Assembly: GCA_017642445.1 (NCBI GenBank)
Contig: JAGCPA010000092.1
Span: 1,655-65,654 of the forward strand
Source: Spirochaetia bacterium
GTDB lineage: Bacteria > Spirochaetota > Spirochaetia > CADAEX01
DNA length: 64,000 nucleotides
Direction of reading: 5' to 3'
The position numbers and the translations under genes are program-made. Below are positions 51,181 through 61,673 of this stretch, piece by piece; the stretch's first letter is position 1; each line of letters begins with the position of its first letter. Below the pieces are notes generated by a model. That model was not told the origin of the DNA. It saw only the letters and a list, made by a program, of their open reading frames with translations, and searched no databases.

Positions 51181-51986
51181 ATGATCTCAGGATAATCTCA
51201 AAAAGAATAAGAAAAGATATTTTATTAATGGGATTAAATACAGGTAATCAGGGTTCGCACCTTGGAGGTTCCTTGTCATTGGTTGAAATTATGGCAGTGC
51301 TCTACGCCAGGGTATTGAACTTGGAAGATTTCAATTCTGAAAGCCGGGATAGGGTGATTCTTAGTAAAGGCCATGGTGTTATGGCCCAATATGCTGCTAT
51401 GAAAGAAAACAACCTTCTTAAAGAAGATCTTCTGACTTTTAAACAGGATGGCAGCAAGCTTCCAGCTCATCCATCATTATTGCATAATCTACCAGGAATA
51501 GAATTCGCCACAGGTTCACTTGGACAAGGTTTATCTCTGGGAGTAGGCGTTGCCCTTGGCCTTAAGCGTAATAATAATGATAAATCAAAAGTTTATGTGG
51601 TCTTGGGTGATGGTGAGTGCAATGAAGGTTCTGTTTGGGAAGCTGCGATGTCTGCCGCACATTATAAACTAGATAATCTTATTGTCATTGTAGATAAAAA
51701 TGGACTTCAATATGATGGAAAGACAGATGACGTTATGTCGATGGGTCTTCTTGATAAAAAATTTATGGCGTTCGGTTTTAAAGCAGTGTCGGTTGATGGA
51801 CATAATGAGGAAGAAATATTGAATGCATTAAATATAGCACATGATAATCAGCCTATGGCAATAATTGCAAATACGATAAAAGGGAAAGGTGTTTCGTTTA
51901 TAGAGAATGATAAAACATGGCACAACAAGAGACTGACAAAAGAACAATATGAACAGGCTATAGCTGAAGTGGAGTTAGAACGATGA
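51177..51986 (+). CDS. Transketolase-like protein, N-terminal TPP-binding subunit
   Basis: SHLGGSLS, LSKGH, GSLGQG, GDGECNEG. Confidence 0.9.
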   Translation: MNDLRIISKRIRKDILLMGLNTGNQGSHLGGSLSLVEIMAVLYARVLNLEDFNSESRDRVILSKGHGVMAQYAAMKENNLLKEDLLTFKQDGSKLPAHPSLLHNLPGIEFATGSLGQGLSLGVGVALGLKRNNNDKSKVYVVLGDGECNEGSVWEAAMSAAHYKLDNLIVIVDKNGLQYDGKTDDVMSMGLLDKKFMAFGFKAVSVDGHNEEEILNALNIAHDNQPMAIIANTIKGKGVSFIENDKTWHNKRLTKEQYEQAIAEVELER

Positions 51987-52960
51987 TTGATTATACCCCT
52001 ATTAATATGAAGATTTGGTCAAGACTTGGTTCTTCTGGGGCTTACGGAATAGCAGCCGTTGAGGTGGTGCAGAATAATCCTAATATAGTTTTTTTAACAG
52101 CAGATGTATGTTCTTTTTCTGGCCTGGATAGATTAAGCGAGAATTATCCGAAAAATTTTTATAATGTTGGTATTTCTGAACAAAATTTAATAGGAATTGC
52201 GGCAGGCCTTGCAAAAGAAGGGTTTATCCCATTTGTGTCAACTTATGCCGCCTTTGACAGTTTAAGGGCTGCCGATCAAATAAAAGTTAATATGGGATAT
52301 ATGAATTTACCAGTAAAAATAGTTGGTTTGACCTCAGGACTTTCGGTTGGAATTCTAGGACCCACTCATTTCTGCAACGAGGATATTGCTTTAATACGAA
52401 GCCTCCCTAATATCATAATTATTTCTCCAGCTGATTGTACAGAAACAATCAAAGCAACGATTGCGTCGGCAAAGATTAATGCACCAGTATATTTGAGGCT
52501 TACTGGAGGAATTAATAATCCCCCGGTTTATAAAAGCGATTATGATTTCGAGATTGGAAAAGCAATAACAATTAAAGATGGAAATGATATTGCAATTATT
52601 GCGACAGGCTCAATGGTTTTCAATTCTTTGTCTGCAGCAAAGCTTCTTGAAGAAGAAGGGATTAGTGTTAAAGTAGTTAATATGCATACTATTAAACCTT
52701 TAGATGTTGATGCTGTGAGAGAATGTTTTAACACAAAGCTTATTATAACAGTTGAAGAACATTCTGTTTATGGAGGACTGGGAAGTGCTGTTTCCGAAGT
52801 GGTTGCCATGTCCCCCAACAGCCCTCCCCAAAGGATTTTAGGGTTGTCAGATGAGTATAAAGCAGCGGGCTCTTATACCTACCTGATTGATCAATATGAA
52901 TTGAATCTTAATCAAATAAAAGAAAAAATATTAAAAACTTATAAGGAGATTACAAAATGA
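51983..52960 (+). CDS. Transketolase-like protein, C-terminal subunit
   Basis: GISEQN, GPTH, PVYLR, EEHS..GGLGS. Confidence 0.9.
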   Translation: MIDYTPINMKIWSRLGSSGAYGIAAVEVVQNNPNIVFLTADVCSFSGLDRLSENYPKNFYNVGISEQNLIGIAAGLAKEGFIPFVSTYAAFDSLRAADQIKVNMGYMNLPVKIVGLTSGLSVGILGPTHFCNEDIALIRSLPNIIIISPADCTETIKATIASAKINAPVYLRLTGGINNPPVYKSDYDFEIGKAITIKDGNDIAIIATGSMVFNSLSAAKLLEEEGISVKVVNMHTIKPLDVDAVRECFNTKLIITVEEHSVYGGLGSAVSEVVAMSPNSPPQRILGLSDEYKAAGSYTYLIDQYELNLNQIKEKILKTYKEITK

Positions 52961-53199
52961 CAAATCTAGAGATTTATACAAAGGTATTTGTTGATACATT
53001 TGGAATTTCAGAAGAGGAGGCAAAGGTATTAAAATTTCAGGATATCAAGGCATGGGACTCTGTGGGACATATGGGGCTTATTGCAAACCTGGAAGAAGCT
53101 TTCAATATTATGATGGAGACCGATGATATCATCGACCTTAATTCTTTTGAGAAAGGAAAAGAACTATTAGCAAAATATGATATTGATTTTGCTAAGTAA
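52957..53199 (+). CDS. Acyl carrier protein
   Basis: WDSVGHM motif, acidic 80 aa. Confidence 0.88.
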   Translation: MTNLEIYTKVFVDTFGISEEEAKVLKFQDIKAWDSVGHMGLIANLEEAFNIMMETDDIIDLNSFEKGKELLAKYDIDFAK

Positions 53200-53201
53200 A
53201 T

Positions 53202-53909
53202 ATGGATTTTTTTCATATTGATGATTTAACAATATATCGGTCAGTCTATAAATATATTAATTCCAACATGTACATCCTTGTTGAGGAAGACAGGGCTTTT
53301 GTTGTTGATCCTCATGAGGATGTATATGCGATAAGTTTATTAGAAAAAGTAAAAAATGTAATTATACTACTGACCCATGAGCATACAGACCATACATCAG
53401 GTATATATTGGTTCCAGCAGAAATTTCCAAGTAAGCTTATTTGTACAAAAAAATGTTCGGATTATATTTCTTTGGAAGAAAATAGACGCCCCATCCTGAT
53501 CAGCTTTATTCTTGAGGAGCAGGATAGGTTAAATGGGACAAATCTTCTTGAAGAATTTAAAAAACAATATGTTCCCCAAACATATAAAGCAGATATAACT
53601 TTTGAGGATAGCCTTATAGAGCAATGGGGTAGCCATAAACTTGAGTTTTTTAAGGTTTTGGGGCACTCTCCGGGTTCCTGTGGTATAATTTTTGATAATA
53701 AGATTGCATTTATGGGGGATTCTTTGATGAAGGATTTACCTATAATTACCCGATTCCCCCGAGGAAACAAGAAAGTATATATAAACGAGACATTGCCATT
53801 CCTAGAACAGAAATTGAAAGAAGATATGATGATTATGCCAGGACATGGAAATCCTTTTTTATTGAGTGATATAATGAAAGGTGGAAAGATAAATGTGGAA
53901 TTTAGATAA
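53202..53909 (+). CDS. Metallo-beta-lactamase-fold hydrolase
   Basis: THEHTDH, GHSPG, GD, PGHG. Confidence 0.9.
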   Translation: MDFFHIDDLTIYRSVYKYINSNMYILVEEDRAFVVDPHEDVYAISLLEKVKNVIILLTHEHTDHTSGIYWFQQKFPSKLICTKKCSDYISLEENRRPILISFILEEQDRLNGTNLLEEFKKQYVPQTYKADITFEDSLIEQWGSHKLEFFKVLGHSPGSCGIIFDNKIAFMGDSLMKDLPIITRFPRGNKKVYINETLPFLEQKLKEDMMIMPGHGNPFLLSDIMKGGKINVEFR

Positions 53910-55308
53910 ATATGGACAAAATATAGCTGTAGTTACTGAAAATGGACAAAAAGTAACATACTCTGAATTTAATTCACACTGCAAAAATTTAACAATGAAT
54001 ATTCCATCTCGATGTCTTGTCTTTAACCTTTGCAGGAATGAAATCGGATCCTTGGTTGGTTATATTGGATTCTTAAACGCAAGAATAGTCCCTCTTATGC
54101 TAAAGGCAGACCTTGATGATGAACTGCTTGGACATTGTCTTGAAACATATAAGCCAGATTATATTTATGTTCCTAAAGATCAGAAGTCAAGATTCTCGGA
54201 TTATCGGTGTGTTTATGAAAAATTAGATTATGCACTTCTTAAAACCCCCTTTAATCACGAATATAAACTTTTTGATGACCTAGCACTGCTTTTGACAACA
54301 TCTGGCTCTACGGGTAGTCCTAAGTTGGTTCGGCAGAGTTACAGAAACATAGAGGCCAATACAAAATCGATAGTGGAATACTTGAAGCTGGATTCGACAG
54401 AACGTCCAATCACAACTCTTCCTATGAACTATACATACGGTATTTCCATTTTAAATACCCATCTATGGGTGGGTGCTAGTATTATCCTGACCGAAAAGGG
54501 ATTGATGCAAAAAGAATTCTGGCAGCAGTTCAAAGAGTATGAGGCAACATCATTTGGGGGCGTTCCATATACATACGAGATGTTGGCGCGGCTTCGGTTC
54601 TTTATGATGAGTTTACCATCTTTGCGGTACATGACCCAGGCAGGTGGAAAATTATCTCCAGAATTGCACGAAAAGTTTGCAGAATGGGCTTTAAAAAATG
54701 GAAAGAAGTTCATTGTTATGTATGGACAGACAGAAGCTACTGCAAGAATGAGCTATTTGCCAGCAGAGAAGTCCTTGGAGAAATATGGATCAATGGGAAT
54801 TGCAATTCCCAGAGGAAAGTTATCTCTTATAGATGTTGATGGCAAGACAATAACAGAGCCGGAAACGGTAGGCGAGCTGGTTTATGAAGGAGAAAACGTT
54901 ACCCTTGGGTATGCTCAGTGCGGAGAAGATCTTTCTCTTGGGGATGAGCGGCATGGCAGGCTTATTACGGGAGATATGGCAAAGTTTGATAACGACGGCT
55001 TCTTCTATATTGTTGGAAGAAAAAAACGGTTTCTGAAAATATATGGAAACAGGGTTAATCTTGATGAGACCGAGCGGTTGATAAAAGCACATTTCCCAGA
55101 AATTGAATGTGCTTGTGCCGGAGTTGACGACAATATGAAGATTTTCATAACAGACGATTCTTATAAAGATAAGATAATTACTTTTATATCTGAGAAGACA
55201 GGATTAAACAGAGCTGCTTTCGGAGTTAGTGTCATAAGCGAGATTCCCAAGAATGAGGCTGGAAAAACATTATATAGTGAATTAGAGAAGACAATTGGAA
55301 AAGCTTAA
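53893..55308 (+). CDS. AMP-dependent acyl ligase (ANL family)
   Basis: TTSGSTGSPK, YGQTE, TGD, GR, IPKNEAGK. Confidence 0.9.
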   Translation: MWNLDKYGQNIAVVTENGQKVTYSEFNSHCKNLTMNIPSRCLVFNLCRNEIGSLVGYIGFLNARIVPLMLKADLDDELLGHCLETYKPDYIYVPKDQKSRFSDYRCVYEKLDYALLKTPFNHEYKLFDDLALLLTTSGSTGSPKLVRQSYRNIEANTKSIVEYLKLDSTERPITTLPMNYTYGISILNTHLWVGASIILTEKGLMQKEFWQQFKEYEATSFGGVPYTYEMLARLRFFMMSLPSLRYMTQAGGKLSPELHEKFAEWALKNGKKFIVMYGQTEATARMSYLPAEKSLEKYGSMGIAIPRGKLSLIDVDGKTITEPETVGELVYEGENVTLGYAQCGEDLSLGDERHGRLITGDMAKFDNDGFFYIVGRKKRFLKIYGNRVNLDETERLIKAHFPEIECACAGVDDNMKIFITDDSYKDKIITFISEKTGLNRAAFGVSVISEIPKNEAGKTLYSELEKTIGKA

Positions 55309-55963
55309 AATAATCAACAATACTACAATTATAGAGGCCGATACTGCAGATGTTGTTTCTAAAGGCGATATTGTTAAAATATCTTTACCAACGTCCAACG
55401 AGAATGAGATTTTGATGTTCAATAATGGATTTAAGCTGGTGGAACGTACTATCCAGACCGATATTCATGTTTTGAAGATTGATTTGAATCTTGATAAACT
55501 AATCAGATTAAATGTGGAAGAAACAACCAAATATAAAAAGGAAATAGAAAATATTGCATTAAAGTCTTTTCCTTATGACAGAAGATTTCATCTGCGAATA
55601 AATTTTGATGATGAGGATCTATTTGAGTCAATCATGAAAGAATGGATAGATGACTTGGAGTCTGTCTTGGTTGCTAAATTCAAAGATACTGTTGTGGGCT
55701 TTCTGGCATTGAAAGAAACAGCAGAAGATACATTATTTGTTCATCTGGCTGCGGTTGACGAGAAGTATAGATTGACCGGGGCAGCCATGTCTCTTTATTC
55801 AAAAGCGGTTCAGATTGCAAAAGATAAGGGCTATAAAACACTTGAGGGGCGGATCAGCACAAGAAATACAGCTGTTATGAATCTATATTCATATTTTGAT
55901 GCTCATTTTGAAAACCCTATAGATATTTACCTACGGGAATATGACAAGGAAAATCAACAATGA
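55295..55963 (+). CDS. GNAT-family acyltransferase (WecD-like)
   Basis: HLAAVDEKYRLTGAA, NTAVMNLY. Confidence 0.72.
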   Translation: MEKLKIINNTTIIEADTADVVSKGDIVKISLPTSNENEILMFNNGFKLVERTIQTDIHVLKIDLNLDKLIRLNVEETTKYKKEIENIALKSFPYDRRFHLRINFDDEDLFESIMKEWIDDLESVLVAKFKDTVVGFLALKETAEDTLFVHLAAVDEKYRLTGAAMSLYSKAVQIAKDKGYKTLEGRISTRNTAVMNLYSYFDAHFENPIDIYLREYDKENQQ

Positions 55964-57036
55964 ATTTAGAAAAATTTCATGAAATTGAACCATATGGATT
56001 AAGCAAAACTGAAAAAGAAAAAATATTCTTTGACGAGATGCTTGCTTTGACAGAATATCATGCAAGTAAATGCAACGAGTATAACAATATTTTGTGTAAA
56101 CTTGGTATTGATATAAATTCCATTAAGAATATTGAAGAGATTCCTTATATTCCTGTCAGATTGTTTAAGATGTTTGACCTGAAAAGCATAACCGCTGAAG
56201 AAATCTTTAAGACAATGACATCTTCCGGAACAACAGGCCAGTCTGTATCAAAAATATTTTTAAGTAAGGAAAATACACTTAATCAGACAAAGACATTGAC
56301 CCATATTATTTCATCTTTCATCGGCAAGCAGAGATTGCCACTGCTTCTTCTGGATACTGAAATGGTAAAGAAAGACCGCAGCATGTTTTCTGCCCGCGGA
56401 GCTGGAATCATAGGGTTTACAACCTTTGGAAGAAATATAACCTATGCCCTTGATGAAAATATGCAGTTAGATATTAATAAGGTTGAGCAGTTTTTGGCAG
56501 AACATAATGACGAAACCATCCTGATGTTTGGATATACATATATGATCTGGCAGTTTGTTGTCAAAGAACTGGAAAAACAGAACAAGCATTTTAATATTAA
56601 AAACGGAATTCTATTCCATATCGGAGGCTGGAAAAAGCTTAAGGCCGAGGCAATTGATACAATATCATATAACAAACGCATCCAGTGTGTTCTGGGAAAT
56701 GTTCATGTTTATAACTATTATGGTATGGCAGAGCAGCTGGGTTCTGTATTTGTAGAGTGTGAACATGGTCATATGCATTGTTCAAATTATTCAGATATAA
56801 TAATTCGTAAACCACAGGATTTCTCTGTTTGCCCAACGGGGGAAAGAGGACTTATTCAGTTGTTATCCGTTTTGCCATCCAGTTATCCAGGGCATTCTAT
56901 TCTGACAGAAGATGAGGGAATTGTTCTTGGAGAAGATGATTGTCCTTGTGGAAGAAAGGGTAAATATTTCAAAATACTTGGACGCATTAAGAATGCAGAA
57001 ATAAGAGGATGTTCAGATACATATGAAAAACATTGA
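55960..57036 (+). CDS. LuxE-like acyl-protein synthetase
   Basis: TSSGTTG, GGWK, YYGMAEQ, YPGHSILTED, C-terminal RGCS. Confidence 0.9.
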   Translation: MNLEKFHEIEPYGLSKTEKEKIFFDEMLALTEYHASKCNEYNNILCKLGIDINSIKNIEEIPYIPVRLFKMFDLKSITAEEIFKTMTSSGTTGQSVSKIFLSKENTLNQTKTLTHIISSFIGKQRLPLLLLDTEMVKKDRSMFSARGAGIIGFTTFGRNITYALDENMQLDINKVEQFLAEHNDETILMFGYTYMIWQFVVKELEKQNKHFNIKNGILFHIGGWKKLKAEAIDTISYNKRIQCVLGNVHVYNYYGMAEQLGSVFVECEHGHMHCSNYSDIIIRKPQDFSVCPTGERGLIQLLSVLPSSYPGHSILTEDEGIVLGEDDCPCGRKGKYFKILGRIKNAEIRGCSDTYEKH

Positions 57037-58198
57037 ATATTTAATTGGCAATGATAATATTAATGTGAAACCACTGCAGACTTTCTCTCCCGAGGCATGT
57101 AGTTTTTTGAATGAATTGTCTTCTGTAATACTAAAATCTCCGGCAGCAAGACAGTATCCTGACTTGTCTGCAGTTGCATTCTGGTGCCGTAAGGCAAATA
57201 TAGATAAGAAAAAGAGCATTGTTAATGATTATAGCTGTCGCCTTGGCCGTGGGCTGTGTTTTCATATAGCACCTTCTAATATCCCGGTTAATTTTGCCTT
57301 CTCGTTCTTTTTCAGTCTGTTGTCAGGGAACGCAAACATTGTCCGGATTCCAAGTAAAGAGTTTGAACAAGTAAGTGTTCTAATTAGTTTTATTAAGGAT
57401 GTGTTAGAAAAATACCCAGCAATCAAAGAGAGAACAGCATTTGTCAAATACGAGCGGGACAATGAGATTTCCGAGAGTTTCTCTATGATAGCAGATGCAA
57501 GAATGATTTGGGGTGGAGATAAGACGATAGAGATAATGAGGAATTTGAAAACAAAACCAAGGTGTATTGATATAACCTTTGCAGACAGATATTCAATTTG
57601 TATTATTGATGCAGAAAAAGTTTTATCCCTTGATGATGTAAAGTTGAAGCGACTGTCTGAGAATTTTTATAATGATACTTTTCTAATGGATCAGAATGCA
57701 TGTTCTTCTCCCCAGATGATTTATTGGGTCAATGATAATGAACAAGGACGCAGAATCTTCTGGAATGCCGTTGAGAAAACTGTAAAAAACAAATATCATC
57801 TTCAGGATGCCGTTTGTGTTGACAAGTATACAAAAGCCTGTGAGGATTCAATAAAAAGCGGCGATATCATTGATAAAATAATGTACGATGATAATTACCT
57901 TTACCGATGTGAAATCAAGGAGATTATCCCCAATGTTGAAAACTTAAGAGGGAAGTGTGGATATTTCTATGAATACTCCTTGAACGGTTTCAACAATCTG
58001 TTTGATGTTGTCGATTCAAAATATCAAACTATTACTTATTTCGGTATTGATCCAGAAAAGTTGTTACAGGCGGTTGTTGAAAACAAGCTTGTAGGAATAG
58101 ATAGGATTGTTCCTATTGGAAAAGCAATGGATATAGATGCAATTTGGGATGGTCATAATCTTGTTGCAGAGCTATCAAGATTTATTAATATAGAATAA
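57023..58198 (+). CDS. LuxC-like acyl-CoA reductase
   Basis: GRGLCFHIAPSN, WGG, DQNACSSPQ, GIDRIVPIG, WDG. Confidence 0.9.
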   Translation: MKNIEYLIGNDNINVKPLQTFSPEACSFLNELSSVILKSPAARQYPDLSAVAFWCRKANIDKKKSIVNDYSCRLGRGLCFHIAPSNIPVNFAFSFFFSLLSGNANIVRIPSKEFEQVSVLISFIKDVLEKYPAIKERTAFVKYERDNEISESFSMIADARMIWGGDKTIEIMRNLKTKPRCIDITFADRYSICIIDAEKVLSLDDVKLKRLSENFYNDTFLMDQNACSSPQMIYWVNDNEQGRRIFWNAVEKTVKNKYHLQDAVCVDKYTKACEDSIKSGDIIDKIMYDDNYLYRCEIKEIIPNVENLRGKCGYFYEYSLNGFNNLFDVVDSKYQTITYFGIDPEKLLQAVVENKLVGIDRIVPIGKAMDIDAIWDGHNLVAELSRFINIE

Positions 58199-58205
58199 AA
58201 AAGAT

Positions 58206-59150
58206 ATGTACATAGTTAACAAAATTGGTAATAGAAAAGTGGCAATTATTGGAGCCGGCTTTGTTGGTAGTTCTATTGCCTATGCTCTGGCATTACGAGA
58301 TATTGCTAGAAAAATCGTCTTAGTAGATGTTGTTCAGGAAAAAGCTGCAGGAGAAGCTAAGGATATTCGGCATGGAATCCCTAACATGGGAACCGTTGAT
58401 TTATATGCAGGTGATTATTCAGACTGTAAAGATTGTGATTTAATTGTTATTACTGCTGGCCGTAACCGAAGAGACGGAGAATCCCGCCTTGATATGGCCA
58501 ATGAGAATATAACAATAATGAAAGATGTTATTACATCTATTAAACAATATTATACCAGAGGAGTTCTTCTAATTATCTCTAACCCTATAGATATTCTTGT
58601 TCAAAAAGTATCTGAATGGATGGACCTTCCAAATGGAATGATAATGGGTTCTGGCTGCGTTCTTGATACTTCAAGATTTATCCGGTCAATTGCAGATTAT
58701 GTTGGCTTGAGTACTGGTGTAGTCAGTGGTTATGTTGTAGGAGAACATGGAGATAGTCAGGTGCCGCTTTGGAGCAGCGTAAGGATTGGAGGCATCCCAA
58801 TTCAAGAGTATTGTTCTGCATGCAATATTAAATGGAATGATGAGATTAAGAATAAAATTGCTTTGCAAACAAAGAAAATGGGAACAGAAATAATCAAGGC
58901 AAAAGGAAAGACTCATTACGGAATTGCCACATGTGTTTGCTATTTAGCAGATGCAATTATTAATCAAAAGCCGACTATTGCATCGGTATGTTCTCCGCTT
59001 ATGGGCGAGCATGGGGTAAGGGGGGTTTCTCTGTCTGTTCCTTCTGTAGTTGGAGCAGCTGGTGTTCAGCAGCGAATTCGGGAGCGTTGGGCTCCAGATG
59101 AATATAAAAAGTTTTTTGAATCTGTAGAACAGGTTAGAAATAGTCTTTAA
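58206..59150 (+). CDS. L-lactate/malate dehydrogenase family protein
   Basis: GAGFVG, SNPID, LDTSR, GEHGDS. Confidence 0.88.
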   Translation: MYIVNKIGNRKVAIIGAGFVGSSIAYALALRDIARKIVLVDVVQEKAAGEAKDIRHGIPNMGTVDLYAGDYSDCKDCDLIVITAGRNRRDGESRLDMANENITIMKDVITSIKQYYTRGVLLIISNPIDILVQKVSEWMDLPNGMIMGSGCVLDTSRFIRSIADYVGLSTGVVSGYVVGEHGDSQVPLWSSVRIGGIPIQEYCSACNIKWNDEIKNKIALQTKKMGTEIIKAKGKTHYGIATCVCYLADAIINQKPTIASVCSPLMGEHGVRGVSLSVPSVVGAAGVQQRIRERWAPDEYKKFFESVEQVRNSL

Positions 59151-59173
59151 AATAAGGGGTGGAGGATTATTAA

Positions 59174-60052
59174 ATGAAAGGAATTATTCTTGCTGGAGGA
59201 TCTGGAACAAGATTATACCCTATTACAAAAGCAGTATCTAAACAACTTCTTCCAGTATATGACAAACCAATGGTTTATTATCCTTTGTCGGTTTTGATGC
59301 TGGCAGGAATAAAAGATATTCTAATTATTTCAACCAGAAGCGACTTGTTCCTGTATGAGAAACTTCTTGGCAGTGGTGAGAATCTGGGCATGAATTTCCA
59401 GTATAAGGTTCAGGATACTCCTCGTGGACTCGCTGATGCTTTTATTATAGGCAAAGACTTTATTGGGCAGGATTCTGTTGTGATGATATTAGGTGACAAT
59501 ATCTTCTATGGACAGGGGTTGCCAACCATATTAAGGCAAGGTCGCGAAACAGTTGAAAAAACAAATAATGCAGTAATATTCGGCTATTTTGTAAAAGATC
59601 CAACAGCATATGGAGTTGTCGAGTTTGATGATAGTTGGAAAGCTATTTCTATAGAGGAGAAACCTTCCAAACCGAAATCTAATTATGCAGTTCCCGGATT
59701 ATACTTCTATCCTAATGATGTTATCCAAAAAGCAGAAAACACTAAACCTTCAGCCAGAGGTGAAATAGAAATAACCTCAATAAACAATGACTATATAGCA
59801 GAAAATAAGCTTAAGGTTCAACTCTTGGGGCGTGGTTTTGCTTGGCTTGATACAGGAACTTATGATGGTCTTTTGGAGGCTTCAAATTATGTAGCTACAA
59901 TTCAGAAGCGACAGGGTCTTTATGTTTCCTGTATTGAGGAAATTGCATATCGCAAAAAATGGATATCTAAAGAACAGTTGTTGAATTTGGCAGCTGGTTA
60001 TAAAACAGATTATGGTACATATTTAAAGTATATTGCAGAGTATTTATCATGA
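59174..60052 (+). CDS. rmlA: Glucose-1-phosphate thymidylyltransferase
   Basis: [34 protein letters not shown]. Confidence 0.96.
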   Translation: MKGIILAGGSGTRLYPITKAVSKQLLPVYDKPMVYYPLSVLMLAGIKDILIISTRSDLFLYEKLLGSGENLGMNFQYKVQDTPRGLADAFIIGKDFIGQDSVVMILGDNIFYGQGLPTILRQGRETVEKTNNAVIFGYFVKDPTAYGVVEFDDSWKAISIEEKPSKPKSNYAVPGLYFYPNDVIQKAENTKPSARGEIEITSINNDYIAENKLKVQLLGRGFAWLDTGTYDGLLEASNYVATIQKRQGLYVSCIEEIAYRKKWISKEQLLNLAAGYKTDYGTYLKYIAEYLS

Positions 60053-61119
60053 AGTACAATAACATCCTTATTACTGGTGGAGCTGGCTTTATTGGCAGCA
60101 ACTTAATACGCTATATTTTTGAGAAAACCGATTTTGATGGACGAATAATCAATCTTGACAAGTTGACTTATGCTGGAAACCCGTTGAATATTGTTGATAT
60201 TGAGAAAAAAGAGAAGGGAAAGAGGTATTTTTTTGAGCATGGCGATATCTGCAATTTTGACAATAATGTACGTATATTCAAGCAATATGATATAGACGCA
60301 GTCATCCATCTGGCGGCAGAGAGCCATGTGGATAGAAGCATACTTGGCCCGGGAGAGTTCATTCAGACCAATATTAATGGTACATTTTCTTTACTTGAGG
60401 CTTGTCGTTCTGTTTGGAAGGATAGAAAAGATGTACGGTTCCACCATGTCAGCACAGATGAGGTCTTTGGTAGCCTTGGCTCGACAGGCTATTTTACAGA
60501 AACAACACCATATTACCCCCGGAGTCCATACAGCTCCTCAAAGGCTTCCAGCGATCATTTGGTAAGGGCTTATTTTCATACATATGGTTTGCCTATTACT
60601 CTTACCAATTGTTCAAATAATTATGGATCATACCAGTTCCCAGAAAAGCTTATTCCTGTAATGATTTATAATATGCGGGACAGAAAACCGCTTCCAGTTT
60701 ATGGCGACGGAAAAAATATCAGGGATTGGCTCTATGTTGAAGATCACAACAGTGCAGTTTGGACTGTTCTTCAGAATGGAAAAGTTGGAGATAGTTACAA
60801 TATTGGTGGTGAGAATGAGTGGGAAAATATCAAGTTGGTGAACACCCTATGCGAGATATTTGCCCAGGATACAGGTGCTGACGAAGCAGAAATAAAGGGA
60901 CTTATAACCTTTGTAAAGGATAGGCCAGGGCATGACCGCCGTTATGCTATAGATTGTTCAAAACTTAAAAAAGAGCTTGGCTGGAAACAGTCGGTAGATT
61001 TTGGACAGGGGCTTAGAAAGACTGTACAATGGTATTTGGAAAATATTAAATGGGCAGAATCTATCCGTTCTGGAGAATATCTTAAATGGATAGAAAAGAA
61101 CTATGTTAATAGGAAATAA
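60049..61119 (+). CDS. rmlB: dTDP-glucose 4,6-dehydratase
   Basis: [35 protein letters not shown]. Confidence 0.96.
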   Translation: MKYNNILITGGAGFIGSNLIRYIFEKTDFDGRIINLDKLTYAGNPLNIVDIEKKEKGKRYFFEHGDICNFDNNVRIFKQYDIDAVIHLAAESHVDRSILGPGEFIQTNINGTFSLLEACRSVWKDRKDVRFHHVSTDEVFGSLGSTGYFTETTPYYPRSPYSSSKASSDHLVRAYFHTYGLPITLTNCSNNYGSYQFPEKLIPVMIYNMRDRKPLPVYGDGKNIRDWLYVEDHNSAVWTVLQNGKVGDSYNIGGENEWENIKLVNTLCEIFAQDTGADEAEIKGLITFVKDRPGHDRRYAIDCSKLKKELGWKQSVDFGQGLRKTVQWYLENIKWAESIRSGEYLKWIEKNYVNRK

Positions 61120-61668
61120 ATGAGATACATAAAAACAAAACTTGATGGTGTTGTTATATTAGAACCCAGAGTTATCAAAGATAATCGAGGTTATTTCTTT
61201 GAAAGCTTCCGCCAGGATGAGTTTGAAGCAAATGTTTCAAAAACAACCTTTGTTCAAGATAACGAATCAAAGTCATCATATGGAGTTCTCAGAGGACTTC
61301 ATTTTCAGAAACCACCTTATACACAGGCAAAGTTAATCCAAGTTGTAAAAGGAAAAGTATGGGATGTTGCTGTCGATATACGTAAATCTTCTCCTACCTT
61401 TGGCCAATATGTTGGTGCCGAGCTCTCGGCGGCTAATCATTTGATGATGTTTATTCCCAAAGGTTTTGCACATGGCTTTGTTGTTTTAAGTAAAGAAGTT
61501 GTTTTTCAATATAAATGTGACAGTTATTATAATCCTCAGAGTGAAGGTGCCATCGCTTGGGATGATCCTGATTTAGCTATAGATTGGAAAGTACCAGTAA
61601 AGGATATCATCCTTTCAGAAAAGGATAAAAAGCATCCTCTTCTAAAAGATGCTTGGGTTTTTGAATAA
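61120..61668 (+). CDS. rmlC: dTDP-4-dehydrorhamnose 3,5-epimerase
   Basis: DNRGYF, QDNES, LRGLHFQ, FAHGF. Confidence 0.96.
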   Translation: MRYIKTKLDGVVILEPRVIKDNRGYFFESFRQDEFEANVSKTTFVQDNESKSSYGVLRGLHFQKPPYTQAKLIQVVKGKVWDVAVDIRKSSPTFGQYVGAELSAANHLMMFIPKGFAHGFVVLSKEVVFQYKCDSYYNPQSEGAIAWDDPDLAIDWKVPVKDIILSEKDKKHPLLKDAWVFE

Positions 61669-61673
61669 ACGAT

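Noticed and set aside
55960-58198. Bioluminescence (lux) operon
   Set aside because: No luxA, luxB or luxD; context is glycan acyl modification
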